DNA of 62,915 nucleotides, the filler included, from Nemertoderma westbladi (taxonomy: Eukaryota; Animalia; Xenacoelomorpha), in assembly GCA_032718475.1 (NCBI GenBank). It is 3 parts of 3 records of this genome, joined end to end, with 100 filler letters (N's around TTAATTAATTAA, not from the genome) between each part and the next. Parts side by side here need not be neighbours in the genome. Positions count along the whole stretch, not along the records: positions 26,661 to 43,504 come from JAUCBJ010006299.1; positions 43,605 to 62,915 come from JAUCBJ010008637.1; 1 more part is not named here. One strand, written 5' to 3'. Under the pieces are notes generated by a model. It worked only from the letters and a program-made list of their open reading frames with translations. It had not been told where the DNA came from and did no database searches. Position 1 is the first letter of the stretch, and each line of letters begins with the position of its first letter. The translations under genes were made by a program, and so were the position numbers. Shown one piece after another: positions 37,081 to 50,224 of the stretch.

Positions 37081-37950
37081 CTATGTAATTGATTCGTGTT
37101 CGTAGTCTATAATTATTTTCCCCCTAATATCCCCCTGCTGTAGGGCCTCGTAGGCCGAGAGGAGGTCCCCGAACCCGTAAACCCGATCGATGCAGGGCAG
37201 TATGAAACCGCGATCGATCAGTTGGGAGACCTGAACGAGGGCGTCGGGGTTGGCCCGATAGAAGGCCCACTGATAGATCACGCCGTGGAGAGCGGCTGCC
37301 GCGAACCGGCTCGCCAAATCTATACCGGCGCGGCCGAGGCCCGGTACCAAACCCAGAGAGTCGGTGTGTCGGAGCAGCGGAGGGGCGATCGTTGCAAAAA
37401 CCGAGTTCGATTTCAAAAGAGTGAAGGGTAATTCGTTTTCCCTTCCGAAAATCGTGTGGAAAACCACGTCGAATTTCGGCGACTGTTTGAGAGTTTGGAA
37501 GAAGTCCGGGTCTGTGTAGTCTACAGTCTCCTTGGCGCCTAGCGACAAGGCGAATGGACGGAGATCCTCGCGGCATATCGCGGTTACGTTGGCCCCCCAG
37601 GCGGCGAGTAACTGAGTAGCGAAGCTGCCCACACCGCCCGTCGCGCCCTGCACGAGGACGCGTTTATTCCGAGCCGAACTCGCGTTCAGTCGGGCCCCCG
37701 TAACCAGCGCGCACCACGCCGTCAACGCGGCGTAAGGGAAGGACGCCGCCTCGCGGTGCGACACGGAATCGGGTTTGCGGCATACCTCGTGGGCGTTGGC
37801 CAGTAGGTAGTCGGCGTGGGCGCCCTGTTTGTGGGGCGCGACAGCCCCATAGACGGTGTCCCCCGCCCGGAAACGGGACACCCCGCTCCCGGAATCAACT
37901 ACCACCCCGCTGAAGTCCCGTCCTAAAGTCAACGGGAACTGAGGAACGCA
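37081..37950 (-). CDS. RTN4IP1: Reticulon-4-interacting protein 1 (mitochondrial MDR-family NADPH oxidoreductase), exon 2
   Basis: FPLTLGRDFSGVV, AASFPYAALTAW, VLVQGATGGVG, RGKIII; acceptor ttcctttcag ending at 37951. Confidence 0.92.
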   Translation of the reverse strand, partial: CVPQFPLTLGRDFSGVVVDSGSGVSRFRAGDTVYGAVAPHKQGAHADYLLANAHEVCRKPDSVSHREAASFPYAALTAWCALVTGARLNASSARNKRVLVQGATGGVGSFATQLLAAWGANVTAICREDLRPFALSLGAKETVDYTDPDFFQTLKQSPKFDVVFHTIFGRENELPFTLLKSNSVFATIAPPLLRHTDSLGLVPGLGRAGIDLASRFAAAALHGVIYQWAFYRANPDALVQVSQLIDRGFILPCIDRVYGFGDLLSAYEALQQGDIRGKIIIDYEHESIT

Positions 37951-39209
37951 CTGAAAGGAAACAAAGAATATTAGACTTTAGAGGAATATCATACTATTGA
38001 TTAATAGTATATCTCTTTTAATACTTAATTTCCTATTTCATCAATATCATGTTTTCATATTTTAAATAAGAAAATGTTGAAAATATTAACATCATATTTT
38101 CCCATATTTAATGAATCGCATTACGCATTAGTAACCGCATTTATAACTAATTTGGAAATCAAATACTTTCAGTTTGGACTCATTGCTATCAGATGTTGTT
38201 TGAGCTTCCGGTATTTCACCTTTTAATATATTTTATGAAATATATTTTAGTCAATTGTTCAATTTTAACTAATCATAGCAATTATTGATGTACTGTATAC
38301 CGTATGCCTTGCATAGACAAATTTCGTTTTAATCTCCTGCCAATATAAATTTTTTGGCCGACATGGTCATTATTTATTATTTCAGAATTATAGTGAATTA
38401 TGGTTAGGCTTAATTATGGTAACATTTAATATGGTTAATTATTTCCGAGCTAACTGTTATGTAACAGTAAATGCTTTAGTATATATGCAGTGCAGAGGTG
38501 GTCTCTCCCTCAAATTTACTTATAATTTATGTATAAAGTTGACTAGTAGACATGTTTGTGATCGTTTACTCTGTGTGTTTTTTATTGTGAAGGGTCAATG
38601 TATTAAAATGTATTATATTTGTTATTTGGAGTGTATACCGTATATAATATAATACGAATTACGATTACAACAAACTTCGTTATTTTTTAGTCTAAATAAA
38701 GTTTAATTAGTTATTTATTTAATTAGTAGGCCTAATAAACAAAAACATTTATTAGGCTAATTACAGAATTAGTCATAACGCACCGCACATCATATTGTTT
38801 TATAGAACTTTCCTCTTCCTTCTCTTGCAGAACGATCCTATAATATGCATAGTTACCGGTAATTTATTGTTTTGGTTAGATTATGAAAGATAAATTTCAG
38901 AAAGATAAAGAAGATAAATAACTAGGTTGCTAGGTTACCGGAAGACGGTAGCGCTATGATCTGATGATGTAAAGCCGATATTAAACAAACCACAGGACGA
39001 GGTGAGGACAGCCTCTAGCATTCTAGTGAAGATGCTCCACAAAAAACTAATGTACCGGTAGTAGAAGTAGCCTAATACAGTAATAGGCTCGGGCTAATTG
39101 TAAGATACGGTAGGCATCCAATATCTGAATATCCTTTCATCAAGCCAAGCAATCTGAATGAGGTTCTGAAGTTAGTTTAGATCCGTAACAATCGAACTAA
39201 CAAACTCAC

Positions 39210-39617
39210 CTCTAATAATTCTGAGGAAGTCCCGGTTGCCGTATCGACTACTTTCCCGAGATTCAGCCCCTCAAACTGTTTCATAAACCGCAGCAAATTA
39301 TTCCCGTACCCGGTGCGCACTCGCAGATCGATGGGGTTCACTGAACTCGCCTTGACGCGAACTAGGAGTTGATCAGGTCGTTCTATAAACGGGGCTTCCG
39401 CCTTCAGATTACAGACTATGTCGTCATTGGCGTCGAAACTGTTTATCTGCCATGAGCGGCCAACGAACGGGCGGGGGTTATCATCTGCTCGAGATTCGGC
39501 GTTGGTACAATACCGCAGACAACACTGTGAGTCAACGCGGAAGCGGCGAAGTCGTGATAATCTTATACAGTCAGATCGACCGCAATTTCTTAACAACAAA
39601 TGGAATCCAATCGCCAT
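39210..39617 (-). CDS. RTN4IP1: RTN4IP1 exon 1 (Arg-rich transit peptide + LLVRVKASSVNPID..RTGYG)
   Basis: 408 nt, phase-0 donor GAG/GTGAGT at 39209, in frame with exon 2. Confidence 0.9.
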
Positions 39618-40149
39618 TATTTCGCTATACAGGTATACTCTGATGCTATTGCAGTATTATGCGATGATCAGTCTATAGTACAGCATACAGTAGTACAGTA
39701 GTCAGGTAGTACTGTAGTAGGCCTATCCACTACTGCACTATCAGACTACATTACATAAGTATTACCGGTCCTACTCCGGTACATTTATTTTCTGAATATC
39801 TTGTTATTATCTCGTTACTTGTAAATACAGAATTTAAAAAATACAAATGGGTATCGATTTATATCGTATGATCATAAACACGATTGAGCCGGATTCATTG
39901 ATTGAGCCACAAAATAATAATGTGTGTGTCATAAAGTAGATAGATAGATTTATTTATACATTATGTACTGTATGTACTGTATTACATTAACATAAAGTAC
40001 TGTATTTTTAATATTTTTTGGTTTAATAATATTATAATAAATAATACTCTGAGAGAGATTAACAGTTTAATATCCAACCTCTTTTATATTATACTTATGT
40101 TGTAATAAAAAGTAATTCCCAACCTTGATTTATCGAATACAATTACTAT

Positions 40150-41130
40150 CTTATTAATTAATTTACTAAATTCAGGGCTAATGTTGAGGAGGCAGATTTA
40201 TGGAGACAGCATTCTTTTTATATGTTGCGTTTTAATTTTGTCGAATTCCTTGAGGTTATTTAGTGTGAGATATTGACCAATACTTGTTATGAGGTAAATT
40301 GATGCTGGGGTTATCTTCATATTGAAAAGTTTTAGTCCGGTTTCGATTGAAAGTAGAGTTAACTTACTTAGGGATCCAATTATTGAGAAAGCGGAAGATT
40401 TCTTTTGTTGGATATGTTCGGAGAAACATAGGGAAGGCTGTAGAGTTCAACCTAAGTATTCGTAACGATTTGTTATAATGAGGGGGGTTCCATTGTATGT
40501 AAAATTATCATTTTTAGCGAGGCGGCCGGCTTTACGAAATTCCATTATTTTTGTTTTCTTGATGTTTACAGTCATGCCATTTAGGATACACCAGTCGCAG
40601 ATAGGGGGGGAAACTGGACGCAATAAAAATTCATCCCTCTCCAGGGGAAATTCGACTCAAATAACAGCTGATTACTCTCAAAAATAAAACTGTAACCTGT
40701 TCTATTGTGTTTAGTTTATTGTTTTGGTTAATATAACGTGCCACTGTAACCTGATCCTTTCCCTAAATTGAGAATTTAACATTGAGGCGGGATATTAATT
40801 CGCCAAGGCGTGTTTTGCATCCAGTTCCCCCCCTGTCTAACCAGTCGTGTAGAATATCTAGGGCATGTTGGAGTTCAGTTCGATCAGTTGTGTATAAGAC
40901 CAGGTCATCCGCGTAGAAAATGACCTTTATTAGATTACAGACATTTATAATTGTGTGGACAAGGTCGGAAATGAATATAAGGAAGCAGGTCGGTGAGAGA
41001 CAGTCTCCTTGGAGGATTCCGCGGAGCTGCTTAATAGCGTTGGTTAAACAGAGGCCGTCGTAGATTCTGATGGAGTTATCTAGTAGTTCTTTAATAATGT
41101 CGTAGGTCTTCCCACGGATGCCGAGTTGGT
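40150..41130 (-). mobile_element. Decayed CR1/L2-group LINE RT fragment, interrupted by a MITE
   Basis: GILQGDCLSP, FYADD, then WCILNGMTVNIKKTKIMEF..YEYLG after removing 40598-40839. Confidence 0.88.
40598..40839. mobile_element. 242-bp hAT-type MITE
   Basis: TIRs CAGATAGGGGGGGAAACTGGACGCAA / TAGACAGGGGGGGAACTGGATGCAA; perfect 8-bp TSD ACCAGTCG (40590-40597, 40840-40847); excision restores the RT frame LHDW-CILNG. Confidence 0.9.
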
Positions 41131-41345
41131 ATATCTTGTAAAGCGGGCTGGCCAACGCAACCTCCACCACATTACGCGCGCGACCTCACACGGTTTTCAC
41201 CACCTCGTTTCCAAAAACTCAACCCCATTGCACACGCTCTCCCCCGAATGCCACTGCCGATACTGTAACTCAATTTGCGACCGATACCACGCGCTCAGCT
41301 GCCCCCAGTGCCCATCTCTTGCCTTTCTCGCCTCAAATTAACTCA
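41131..41345 (+). mobile_element. LINE ORF2 C-terminal Cys/His domain, inverted relative to the adjacent RT
   Basis: HHITRATSHGFHHLV...CHCRYCNSICDRYHALSC. Confidence 0.6.
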
Positions 41346-42633
41346 ACTGAATTTTCTGTGTATTGCCCATGTTACCGTAAAATATTTCAATTTTACCCCG
41401 CGTGGGGTGTATATTATAATATTATTATTAATGAATTAATAACATTACTTTTTAATTCGTTGACAAATAAATAGTCAGGCTGATTGATGAATGAGCATTA
41501 ATTGTTATTGAATTTATTAATTCATCCATTGATTATTGGTTAGTAAGTCTTTCCTTGACCGTTGACTACACCTTGTTTTATTAATAGGCCTCCAGCAAAT
41601 TAAAACCTAATTTTTTCAAAGACATGTTACCTACCATTTATATGAGTTTCATTCACCTCCGCTGATTAACTTCTATTGACTCACTTTGAATATTGCAGGT
41701 CACCATAGCAACGGTTGTTTTTCCCGTTTCACAACACCTTACAAACTATATTGAGTATGACTTTTCATATGATTAGCACTATGTTACTTAACAATGGGTG
41801 TTATTTGAAACTTGTTAGGTCCACTGGCTCAGAGGTATCCTGCTTTCAGCTTTCAAAATTTAGTTAGAATTTAGTTGAAACTCAATTATTTATTTTTAAA
41901 ATCCCCTTTAACTAACTAAGTTCACAGTGACAAGTTAAATAAAACAACTTTAACTAAATAACATCAAATGATAACTTAACTCGTTGAACAGCACTGACTA
42001 CTGGTACAGAAATCCTTGCAATGACACCATTATTCGGTGGCCAATCCAATAAGTTTTATTCGGCACCAGTGTAGTTTAAATACTAATCTTAGTTCATTCT
42101 AAAACTAATTCATTCCAAATTATTTTCAACCGCCCCAATAAATCAAAACTCACGATGTATTTTTTATTATGCAAAGTCATTTACTTAGAAAGGAACATTA
42201 AAACGTCAAAGAATAAAATTTAATGTAAATGAAATGTAATTTATATGATAAATTAGAGCACAATAATTGAAAGCAGTTCGAATGTTCACAGGTTGGTGAT
42301 AGATGAAATATTATGATCATATACCTCCGTGGCTCGCCCCACGAACCATAAACATGATACGGTTTGTCGTAAAATATATGTACAAATACGTCGTTAGTTT
42401 TCATCAAACTCAGAATTAAGGTTTAATCTTGCGATTCTTTCTCTAACTCTATCCACCTGTCCCTCACAATCTCCACAATCTAGTGATGCGATTCGGTGAA
42501 CATTGGCGGAATCTTTGTGTTCCGTAACATCCAGATGTCCCGCCCCATAGTCTGGGTCTCCTGAGTCCAGACAGCAGCCACCTTCACCACCTCCGAGGCC
42601 CCACAAAGGAAGCACAGCATCCGGCCGTCCGGT

Positions 42634-43200
42634 ATGTCGGTTATGGGTACCTGTATTCGTGTCCGACTCTCCGACATGTCGACCATGGGTACCTGTATTC
42701 GTGTCCGACTCTCCGATATGTCGGCTATGGGTACCTGTATTCGTGTCCGACTCTCCGATATGTCGGCTATGGATACCTGTATTCGTGTCCGACTCTCCGA
42801 TATGTCGACCATGGGTACCTGTATTCGTGTCCGACTCTCCGACATGTCGACCATGGGTACCTGTATTCGTGTCCGACTCTCCGATATGTCGGCTATGGGT
42901 ACCTGTATTCGTGTCCGACTCTCCGATATGTCGGCTATGGATACCTGTATTCGTGTCCGACTCTCCGATATGTCGACCATGGGTACCTGTATTCGTGTCC
43001 GACTCTCCGATATGTCGGCTATGGGTACCTGTATTCGTGTCCGACTCTCCGATATGTCGGCTATGGGTACCTGTATTCGTGTCCGACTCTCCGATATGTC
43101 GGCTATGGGTACCTGTACTCGTGTCCGACTCTCCGATATGTCGGCTATGGGTACCTGTATTCGTGTCCGGACGTCCGATATATCGGATATGGGTATCCGA
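42634..43200. repeat. 42-bp minisatellite (atgggtacctgtattcgtgtccgactctccgatatgtcggct), ~13 copies, possibly inside a gag remnant
   Basis: Directly visible; followed on the minus strand by CFLCG and LDSG peptides. Confidence 0.93.
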
Positions 43201-43504
43201 GTGCGCCCCCGGTTGCCCGATGTTATGTTTATCTGTATTTACCAGCGTCCGTAGCTCCGTCCTGCACACAACGCCCTCCTGTTTTATCCTCCTATTATTA
43301 TTTTCTTGTTGCTCTACGTGCCCCGGAACCTGACATTTCCTGCTCTGCAATTTAATCACATAAGATTGATGTTGACTTTCTCGCTCCCGTAAATTAACGA
43401 CATCTTCCTTTTTAATATTGCCACCGATATCCTCCGGTTCACATTTAATATTAAGCCTTCTAGAAATTTCAACCCCATGGTGACTGCGCGACTTTGATTT
43501 AGCG

Positions 43505-43604
43505 NNNNNNNNNNNNNNNNNNNNNNNNNNNNNNNNNNNNNNNNNNNNTTAATTAATTAANNNNNNNNNNNNNNNNNNNNNNNNNNNNNNNNNNNNNNNN
43601 NNNN
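43505..43604. other. Artificial contig linker N44-TTAATTAATTAA-N44
   Basis: Same design as 26561-26660. Confidence 0.97.
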
Positions 43605-46082
43605 AACATTCCCAAAATTCCATTAATTAATAGATCAAGGGAGCGGAGATTTATATTATTATGCGTATGCGTGTACGAAAGTCTCCCAAACATAGTTAAT
43701 AGCCGATAAAATTCGTAAAGTCATGTATAAAACAGAACATTGACTATTAAAGAATACTATTAAATAACATCCCAGATCTGTATGCATTGGAACTACCCTA
43801 ATTCTACCGCTAGCTTTGCATAATGTCACCATAGCAACAACCACGCTAGAATTAGAATTGAGTTAAAAGAACAATAGAAAGCTTGTCCCATTGAATAGCA
43901 TAGGGAATAAATAGCGCACTGCTAGTATCCAAGGATACATAATAATACAGTGACATTCTGGAAGGCATTGACTAACGGACAAATGGCCCGAATGTGTGTA
44001 ATTTGTGACAAGTTGTGTGTGTGGTATTTGTGAGTTTATAGGTGAATGTTACTGCTAAGGTGTGTTTACAGTAGCTAGTCGCAATCGTAAAAGTAACCTA
44101 ACTCTCCAAGGAAAACCTGAGGTACATCTAAGCCTTTGGGACGGACAGTCGAGTGACTTGTGCCGGTTGTCGTTGTCGTTGTGCGGCTACGTCGTTGGCG
44201 AAAGTACAGCGGCGACGACACATCGGCGCTGAGGATCTCGTACTGTCCGGGGTTGATTGGGGTAGGCAGCGACGCCCGCTCGCCTAAATATAAACTCATT
44301 ATAATATGGATAAACTCATATATAGCAGATATGACGGAGTTGATAGAAGATGGTCTTGGTATCGGGGAGCGATATACTCTACTTTTACAAGCGTTTGTTG
44401 ATAGCTTAATACGCGGCGACGTTAGTCCAACTGCTGCGGAGGACGATGGTCGTTATATCGAACCGCCAATGTCCCAGGAGCAGCTCGCGCGAGTTGGACT
44501 GTGGAAGATTCGCTGCTCGATATACGCGGCGTGGTGGTACGTATATGGGCTTCTTAACTGCTGGTCGCCCTGTCGGTTTGCGCGATGCGGACGGTGTCGA
44601 CACCGGGGGGGAAGTGGTACGATTGAAGTGTCCTACCCAGCGGAGGCGGAACGATAAACCGAGAATGGAACACGAGAATTCTATTCGAAACAGACTCGAA
44701 AGAGAAGACGTTGAGGAGCCGGATAAACGCAGCGACTTCAACGATTGTCTGGAATTCCTGATGGAGACGTGTCTCGGTGTTGCCAGTCGGCGGGGTCTGG
44801 AGACTCGATGTCCTCGGGGTGTGCGTCATGGCCGCATGGTGGGGCTCGAGCGGCTCGATTCCCCTATGATGTATCTTACCGCCGATCGACCGCTACCTGT
44901 TGTACCGAATAGCTTCGAACGGATGGAGGAATATTGTAAGCTGGAGAAAGATCACTCGCGTTTCCCCTACAAGACGTACGTTTTTGGGTATTATTGCGAT
45001 AAATGCCCTAGACCCAACCAATAAACGGAAAGACATAAACATCCACGGAAACGTTGTGTTAAACACAGTTGTGTTCGTTATATTTACTGGAGTTTCGAGC
45101 GAAACTTGTTTGACGTATCACCTATGCTCACTCGGCTCTAACGATCCTAGAGTAAACCTACGATCAGAGTCCCGGAATACTCGGTCAAACCTCCTCATTC
45201 CTTAGTTGGACCTCAGACCTGCGATCCTGGTGGTGTCGCGGATCCTCGCGGACGGTATTCACTGTTCAAGATCTAGTGCTACCCTAACAATTAATCGGTA
45301 ACACTCCGACAGTGATTTCTAGCTAGCAGCCCATCTTACCTAGCTGGATTATGACGCAGACACCTAATATCACTATCCAACCGTATGGTCGTCCCGTTTA
45401 ACGCGATACAACCCTTCATCAAGGTGAAGGAGAGCGTTGTACGAAACGAGTTAAACGCTATTCTATAAAGATTAAAAAGAAACCTGCGTTTGTTCAGATA
45501 AATGTAAGTTACAACAGTAAGTCCAATCGATAAACAAATTGGCCTTATCTCAGTTCGATTGGGAAACCTCGAATCTCAAAGAAGATATCAAGCTTAGAAA
45601 ACCCTATTCTCTGCGAGAGTTTTGGACGAACGTATCCCATGACAAGCGGAGGAAAATCAGCTCGAGGAGAAGCCTATCGAAATGGACGAGACACCGACCA
45701 TAAACCCAAACCTTTTAATGCAATCATATTGCACCCTTCACCCAGGAGTTATGGCCCTCCTAGTAAAGTGGCTTCCCCCAAAGAGAAAATGACTCTCGCT
45801 AGCTTTAAAAAACTGCGTAAACGCCGTCCGCGCAAGAAAGACTAACTGTTTAGAGTATTTTTATATTTTAGAAACTGTGATTTTGTATATTTTATAGACT
45901 TAAATCCCATTTTCTGGGAGCGGTGTAAAAGCTTTTGTGGGATAACTGATTCGTTTGCCTTGTTGGCCAGTTCCCCCCCAGTCGCTAAGAATACTCTCAA
46001 AGTGATCTACAGCTAAAAATAGTGCAAGTTACCAGCTTATTGGCTGATTTGCTGTACGCAGGCATCTGGGCTCTGTTTAATC

Positions 46083-47012
46083 GGCCACCAAGCCTAGGGA
46101 GGTTGCGTCATAGCCTTGTTTTTGTATCTCCCAATAGAATTTGAGTTAGCCTTGATTTTGACCTATCACAGAGCTGCTGAACTGAAAATTTCCTATCTCA
46201 CTGCTCTTTCTCTGTGTTGAACGGGAGCTTCGTGGAATAAGGGAGTTGGTATCCTCGTATAGAGCAGTAGTCACGAGTTTTTCAAAGCCACGAAAGAACG
46301 GCTTTGTAGTGTTTTGTGCTTTCTGCTTTTTAGTCCAACACTAGTAGGTTTAATTATAAGGACATATATCCTTTAACTGCTAACTGATCATACATACTGA
46401 CTGCTGAAACATTGCAAACTCATAACAATCAGTGTTCAGTTGTTGTTTTATACTGCTATTTACTGTCAGTTCTTCATAATATGGTTGATGAATTATTATA
46501 TTGGAATAACGAGAAATAACCCCTAAACCCAATATTCTTGATATACCGAAGGTAAGAGAGAAAGGTTACAGATAAACGATTGTGACTTATGTTAAAGTGG
46601 TTTGAAGTGAATCTAATGTTATTTGATAGACCCTACATGAGTCAGTCTGTGTTCCTTTTATATGTGACTAAAATCAGTGAAGATCGGCAGATTAGTGTGC
46701 AGTATTGTGCAGCATTGTGTATGAGTGAGTCTGTTAAAGAAGCATTCCTAAAGAATGCGCCATATATGTGAATTATAATTGAGCCATATCGTTGTGGGTA
46801 GTTTAAGTCATAACTCTGTTTATGTAGATAAAGCGCCACGTCCTAAAGGAACTGTTAATATTACCGAAGGTGAATAATATTGTCAGAGATTATATAATAC
46901 TGTCAGTCGAATAATACATTAGGCTTACATAGCAATAAAATTAAACCGTCGAACCCAATCTCCCGGGAATATCCAGCGGGTGAATGATCGCGCACAGATT
47001 GGTTTCGACTAG
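46083..47012 (+). repeat. Diverged ~0.9-kb interspersed repeat; inverted copy at 62001-62915
   Basis: Shared blocks such as ccaatagaatttgagt, ttgattttgacctatc, gttggtatcctcgtatag, agcgccacgtcctaaaggaactgttaatatt, gggtgaatgatcgcgca. Confidence 0.9.
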
Positions 47013-47051
47013 TGTAGTGAATCAAATACTTGTCATAGGCTAAAAAGCGAT

Positions 47052-50000
47052 TTAATATCTAGAAGACATCTTAATTTGGCGGGTTAAACTGCCAAAGGTC
47101 TGAAAGCGCGAACAAAGTCTACACGTTGGAATGCGTAACAGTCCAGCACCACTTGTTCTTAAGGTACGATATGGTTCATATCGATCCAATAATTCGGCCA
47201 AGTAACTTGGAGCCAAATGATTAACGCACTTATATGTTAGTAGTGCAATCTTATACTCGATCCTTCTCTCTACTGGCAGCCAATGTAATTCCTTCAGTGT
47301 AGGGGTAATAGGATCTCTCTTGCGGATGCGTTTTATCAGACGTGCTGAGGCGTTTTGAACTTTCTGTAGTTTGCCAATAAGGTTCTTTGGTAGACCATAA
47401 TAAAGAGAGTTGTTTTGGTCCAATCTACTGGTAATGAACGTGTGCACCATTGTTTCCAAGGTGCGACTGTCAAAACAGTTTCTGATTTTCGCGATTCTTC
47501 TTAAATGAAAGAAACACCATCGCATGGTTGCGTTTATATGTCTAACCATTGTGAAGTTGGTGTCAAAAATGGCCCCTAGACTCTTAGTCCATTCGCTTAT
47601 TGGCACCAAATCATCACCCACTTGTATTGCACCATTCATGTGATGTGGAGGTGCCACATAGCGTGATTGTAACAAAATTGTTTCAGTTTTATCGGTATTC
47701 AACTTCAAGAAGTGCTCCCTCATCCATTCCTGAATCTCTTTCAAACATTCTTCGGTGACTGATTTCGCTTGTAAATATTGTTCAGGCTTAAATAATATAT
47801 AAATTTGGGTGTCATCCGCATATATGTGATGCGATAGACCGTGCTTCCGGATAACATTCCCTAGAGACTGCATGTAGATGATGAATAAGAATGGGCCCAA
47901 GACCAAACCCTGTGGGACACCATAACGCAGTTTAAATATTCTAGAACATTCACATCCTATTGAGACTGATTGAGTTCTATCACACAGGTACGATTTGAAC
48001 CATGAGAGAACATCGCCGGTGACTCCAATGTCTCTCTGCAGTATATTAAGTAGCTTCTCATGTCTATGGTGTTGAAGGCAGAGCTCAAGTCCAACTGAAT
48101 CAGCAATACAGCGTTACCATTACCGATTCCGCAGAGCATATCATTGTGAACCCTGAGGAATGCCGTCTCAGTGCTGTGCCATTTGCGATAACCACTTTGC
48201 AAGGGCTCATATAGGTTGTTAATTTCAAGATGCTTAATTAGTTGAGCGGCCTTTTCTATCAGTTTGCAGAGAAACTTCAAATTTGACACAGGTCGAAAGT
48301 TCTTTAATAACTCGGGATTTAAATTAAGTTTTTTCAATATTGGTGTCAAGACAGCATCTTTTAGAGACTGTGGAAATTTCGCAAGAGACAAAGATAGATT
48401 GACAATCGCAACTAGTATTGGTAGCAAGACTGAGATGGAGCATTTTACCATCTAGGTCGGAATTGGGTCAGTTTGGCTTGTCTTTGACTTCATGTCCTTT
48501 AACATGTCGTTAACGTCATCAGGTGATACAGAATCGAACTTGTCAAATACTGGCTTTGAAATGTCCGTTGATCCTGCAAATGTTGCATTTTGCTCGATGT
48601 TGAAGTCATCAGTGATTGTGGAAGACTGAGTAGTGTAATCGACATTGTAGTTATCCAACTCGTCTCGTAACTTTTGTATCTTACCATCGAAGTAGTCGGC
48701 AAAATTGTTTGCCAAGACTAGTTCAGAGTCGTGCTGTGGTAAACAAGTACTCTGTTCACGATGCAAAGTTTTATTAATAACCTTAAATAAGTCGCGTGTA
48801 TTGATACCAGGACTCGCAACAAGATCTCTGTAGTAATTCTGCTTTGTTCTCGTTATGAGATCAGCGACCTCTTTGCATTGCTCACGGTATAATATCTTGT
48901 CAGTCTCATTTGAATCTGTCCGGCTGTTTTTCCTCTCGAGCTTGCGCCGAATCCTCTTCTGATCTGCAATCTCTACACCGAGTACCATGGGACTGATGGC
49001 CGTTTATTGTTGGTTACCTGTATAAGTGGTGCATGTTGATCGAGCAGATCCGCCAGTACGTCATGATATCTAGTCACTAGATTATCCAGGCTGTACTCCG
49101 TCTGTGAACATGCTAAATTTGAACCAAGAATATCTTCACAAAATGATTCAATATCCACGTGTGAATACTTTCTGAATGATTTCATTCCGAGATTATCATG
49201 TTTATGACTGTCAAAATCAGGGTTAAACGTGACTGTAAAATGATGTGATAATCCAATATCACGTATGTGTATCATATTGGTACCCAGGCTCTCCTCAGTA
49301 GGCGATATAATCAGATCCAGAGTATGACCGGCTATTTGCTCATTTACATGTTGTGTGAAACCGAAGCAATCTAAGAGTTCCAAAAATTTCTGTGCATCCT
49401 TATCATTCTTATCATCCACATGAAAGTTAAAATCCCCAACTATCAATAATTTCCCAGTAGTTGTAGTAACATGTTCTAGAAAGGTGGAAAATTAGTTAAA
49501 AAAGTTTCTAACGTTCAAGCCATTTTTACTACTTGGGCATGGTCTATATATCACGTAGATACTCCATAGTGATCTTTCCTGGTGAAGCAATAACTCCAAT
49601 ACTTCAAAAGTTACATAGTCATTGTTAGTTGAACCGAGTTTTACATTGAGAGAATCTTTATATATTAAAGCAGTTCCTCCACCAATACGACAAATCCATG
49701 GTCGATGGATAATGCGGTAGCCAAGAGGACAAATGTTTTTGTAATCCACACGACCACACATCATCATCAGTCCCAGTCAGCCAAGTCTCTGTTACTGCCA
49801 TAAAGTCAACATTATTGTCAACAATATAGTCCTTTATAAAGTCGGATTTATTACATACTGATCGTGGGTTGAAAAGGCAAAAGTTGATTTTTCGTGCTGT
49901 GGAACCGGGGTCCGAGGGTGACTGAACAGATGCTGTGGAAACTGTGTCTGAGACTTCCAGCGAGGTCGCAGAGGCCTGAACTGGAGATGCTGTTGAGGCA

Positions 50001-50221
50001 CGGACTGGTGAGGCTAGAACTGGCGAAGCCGTGTAGGCTGGCAACGCCGGAACAAGCGTGACCATGGAGGCCCGGACTGGCGAGGCAGGGATGGCCCAAA
50101 ATGGCAAGGAGGCCGTGGTGGCTGGCGACACCGGATCAAGCCCAGCCCGGACTGGCGAGGCCGGAACTAGCGAGGTCTGGATGACACGTACTGCCGAGGT
50201 CATTTCAAAGTCGGCATCCAC
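47052..50221 (-). pseudogene. L2/CR1-group LINE ORF2 (APE endonuclease + RT), with stops and frameshifts
   Basis: NPRSVCNK, AVTETWL, VIYRP, GDFNFH, GHTLDL, NFRPVSNL, QSGYRK.HSTETA, LDLSSAF, YADD, LKELHWLPV. Confidence 0.95.
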
Positions 50222-50224
50222 CAG

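Noticed and set aside
22343-39617. VKOR + RTN4IP1 as a quinone-reductase gene cluster
   Set aside because: They are separated by an artificial contig linker, so linkage is unproven
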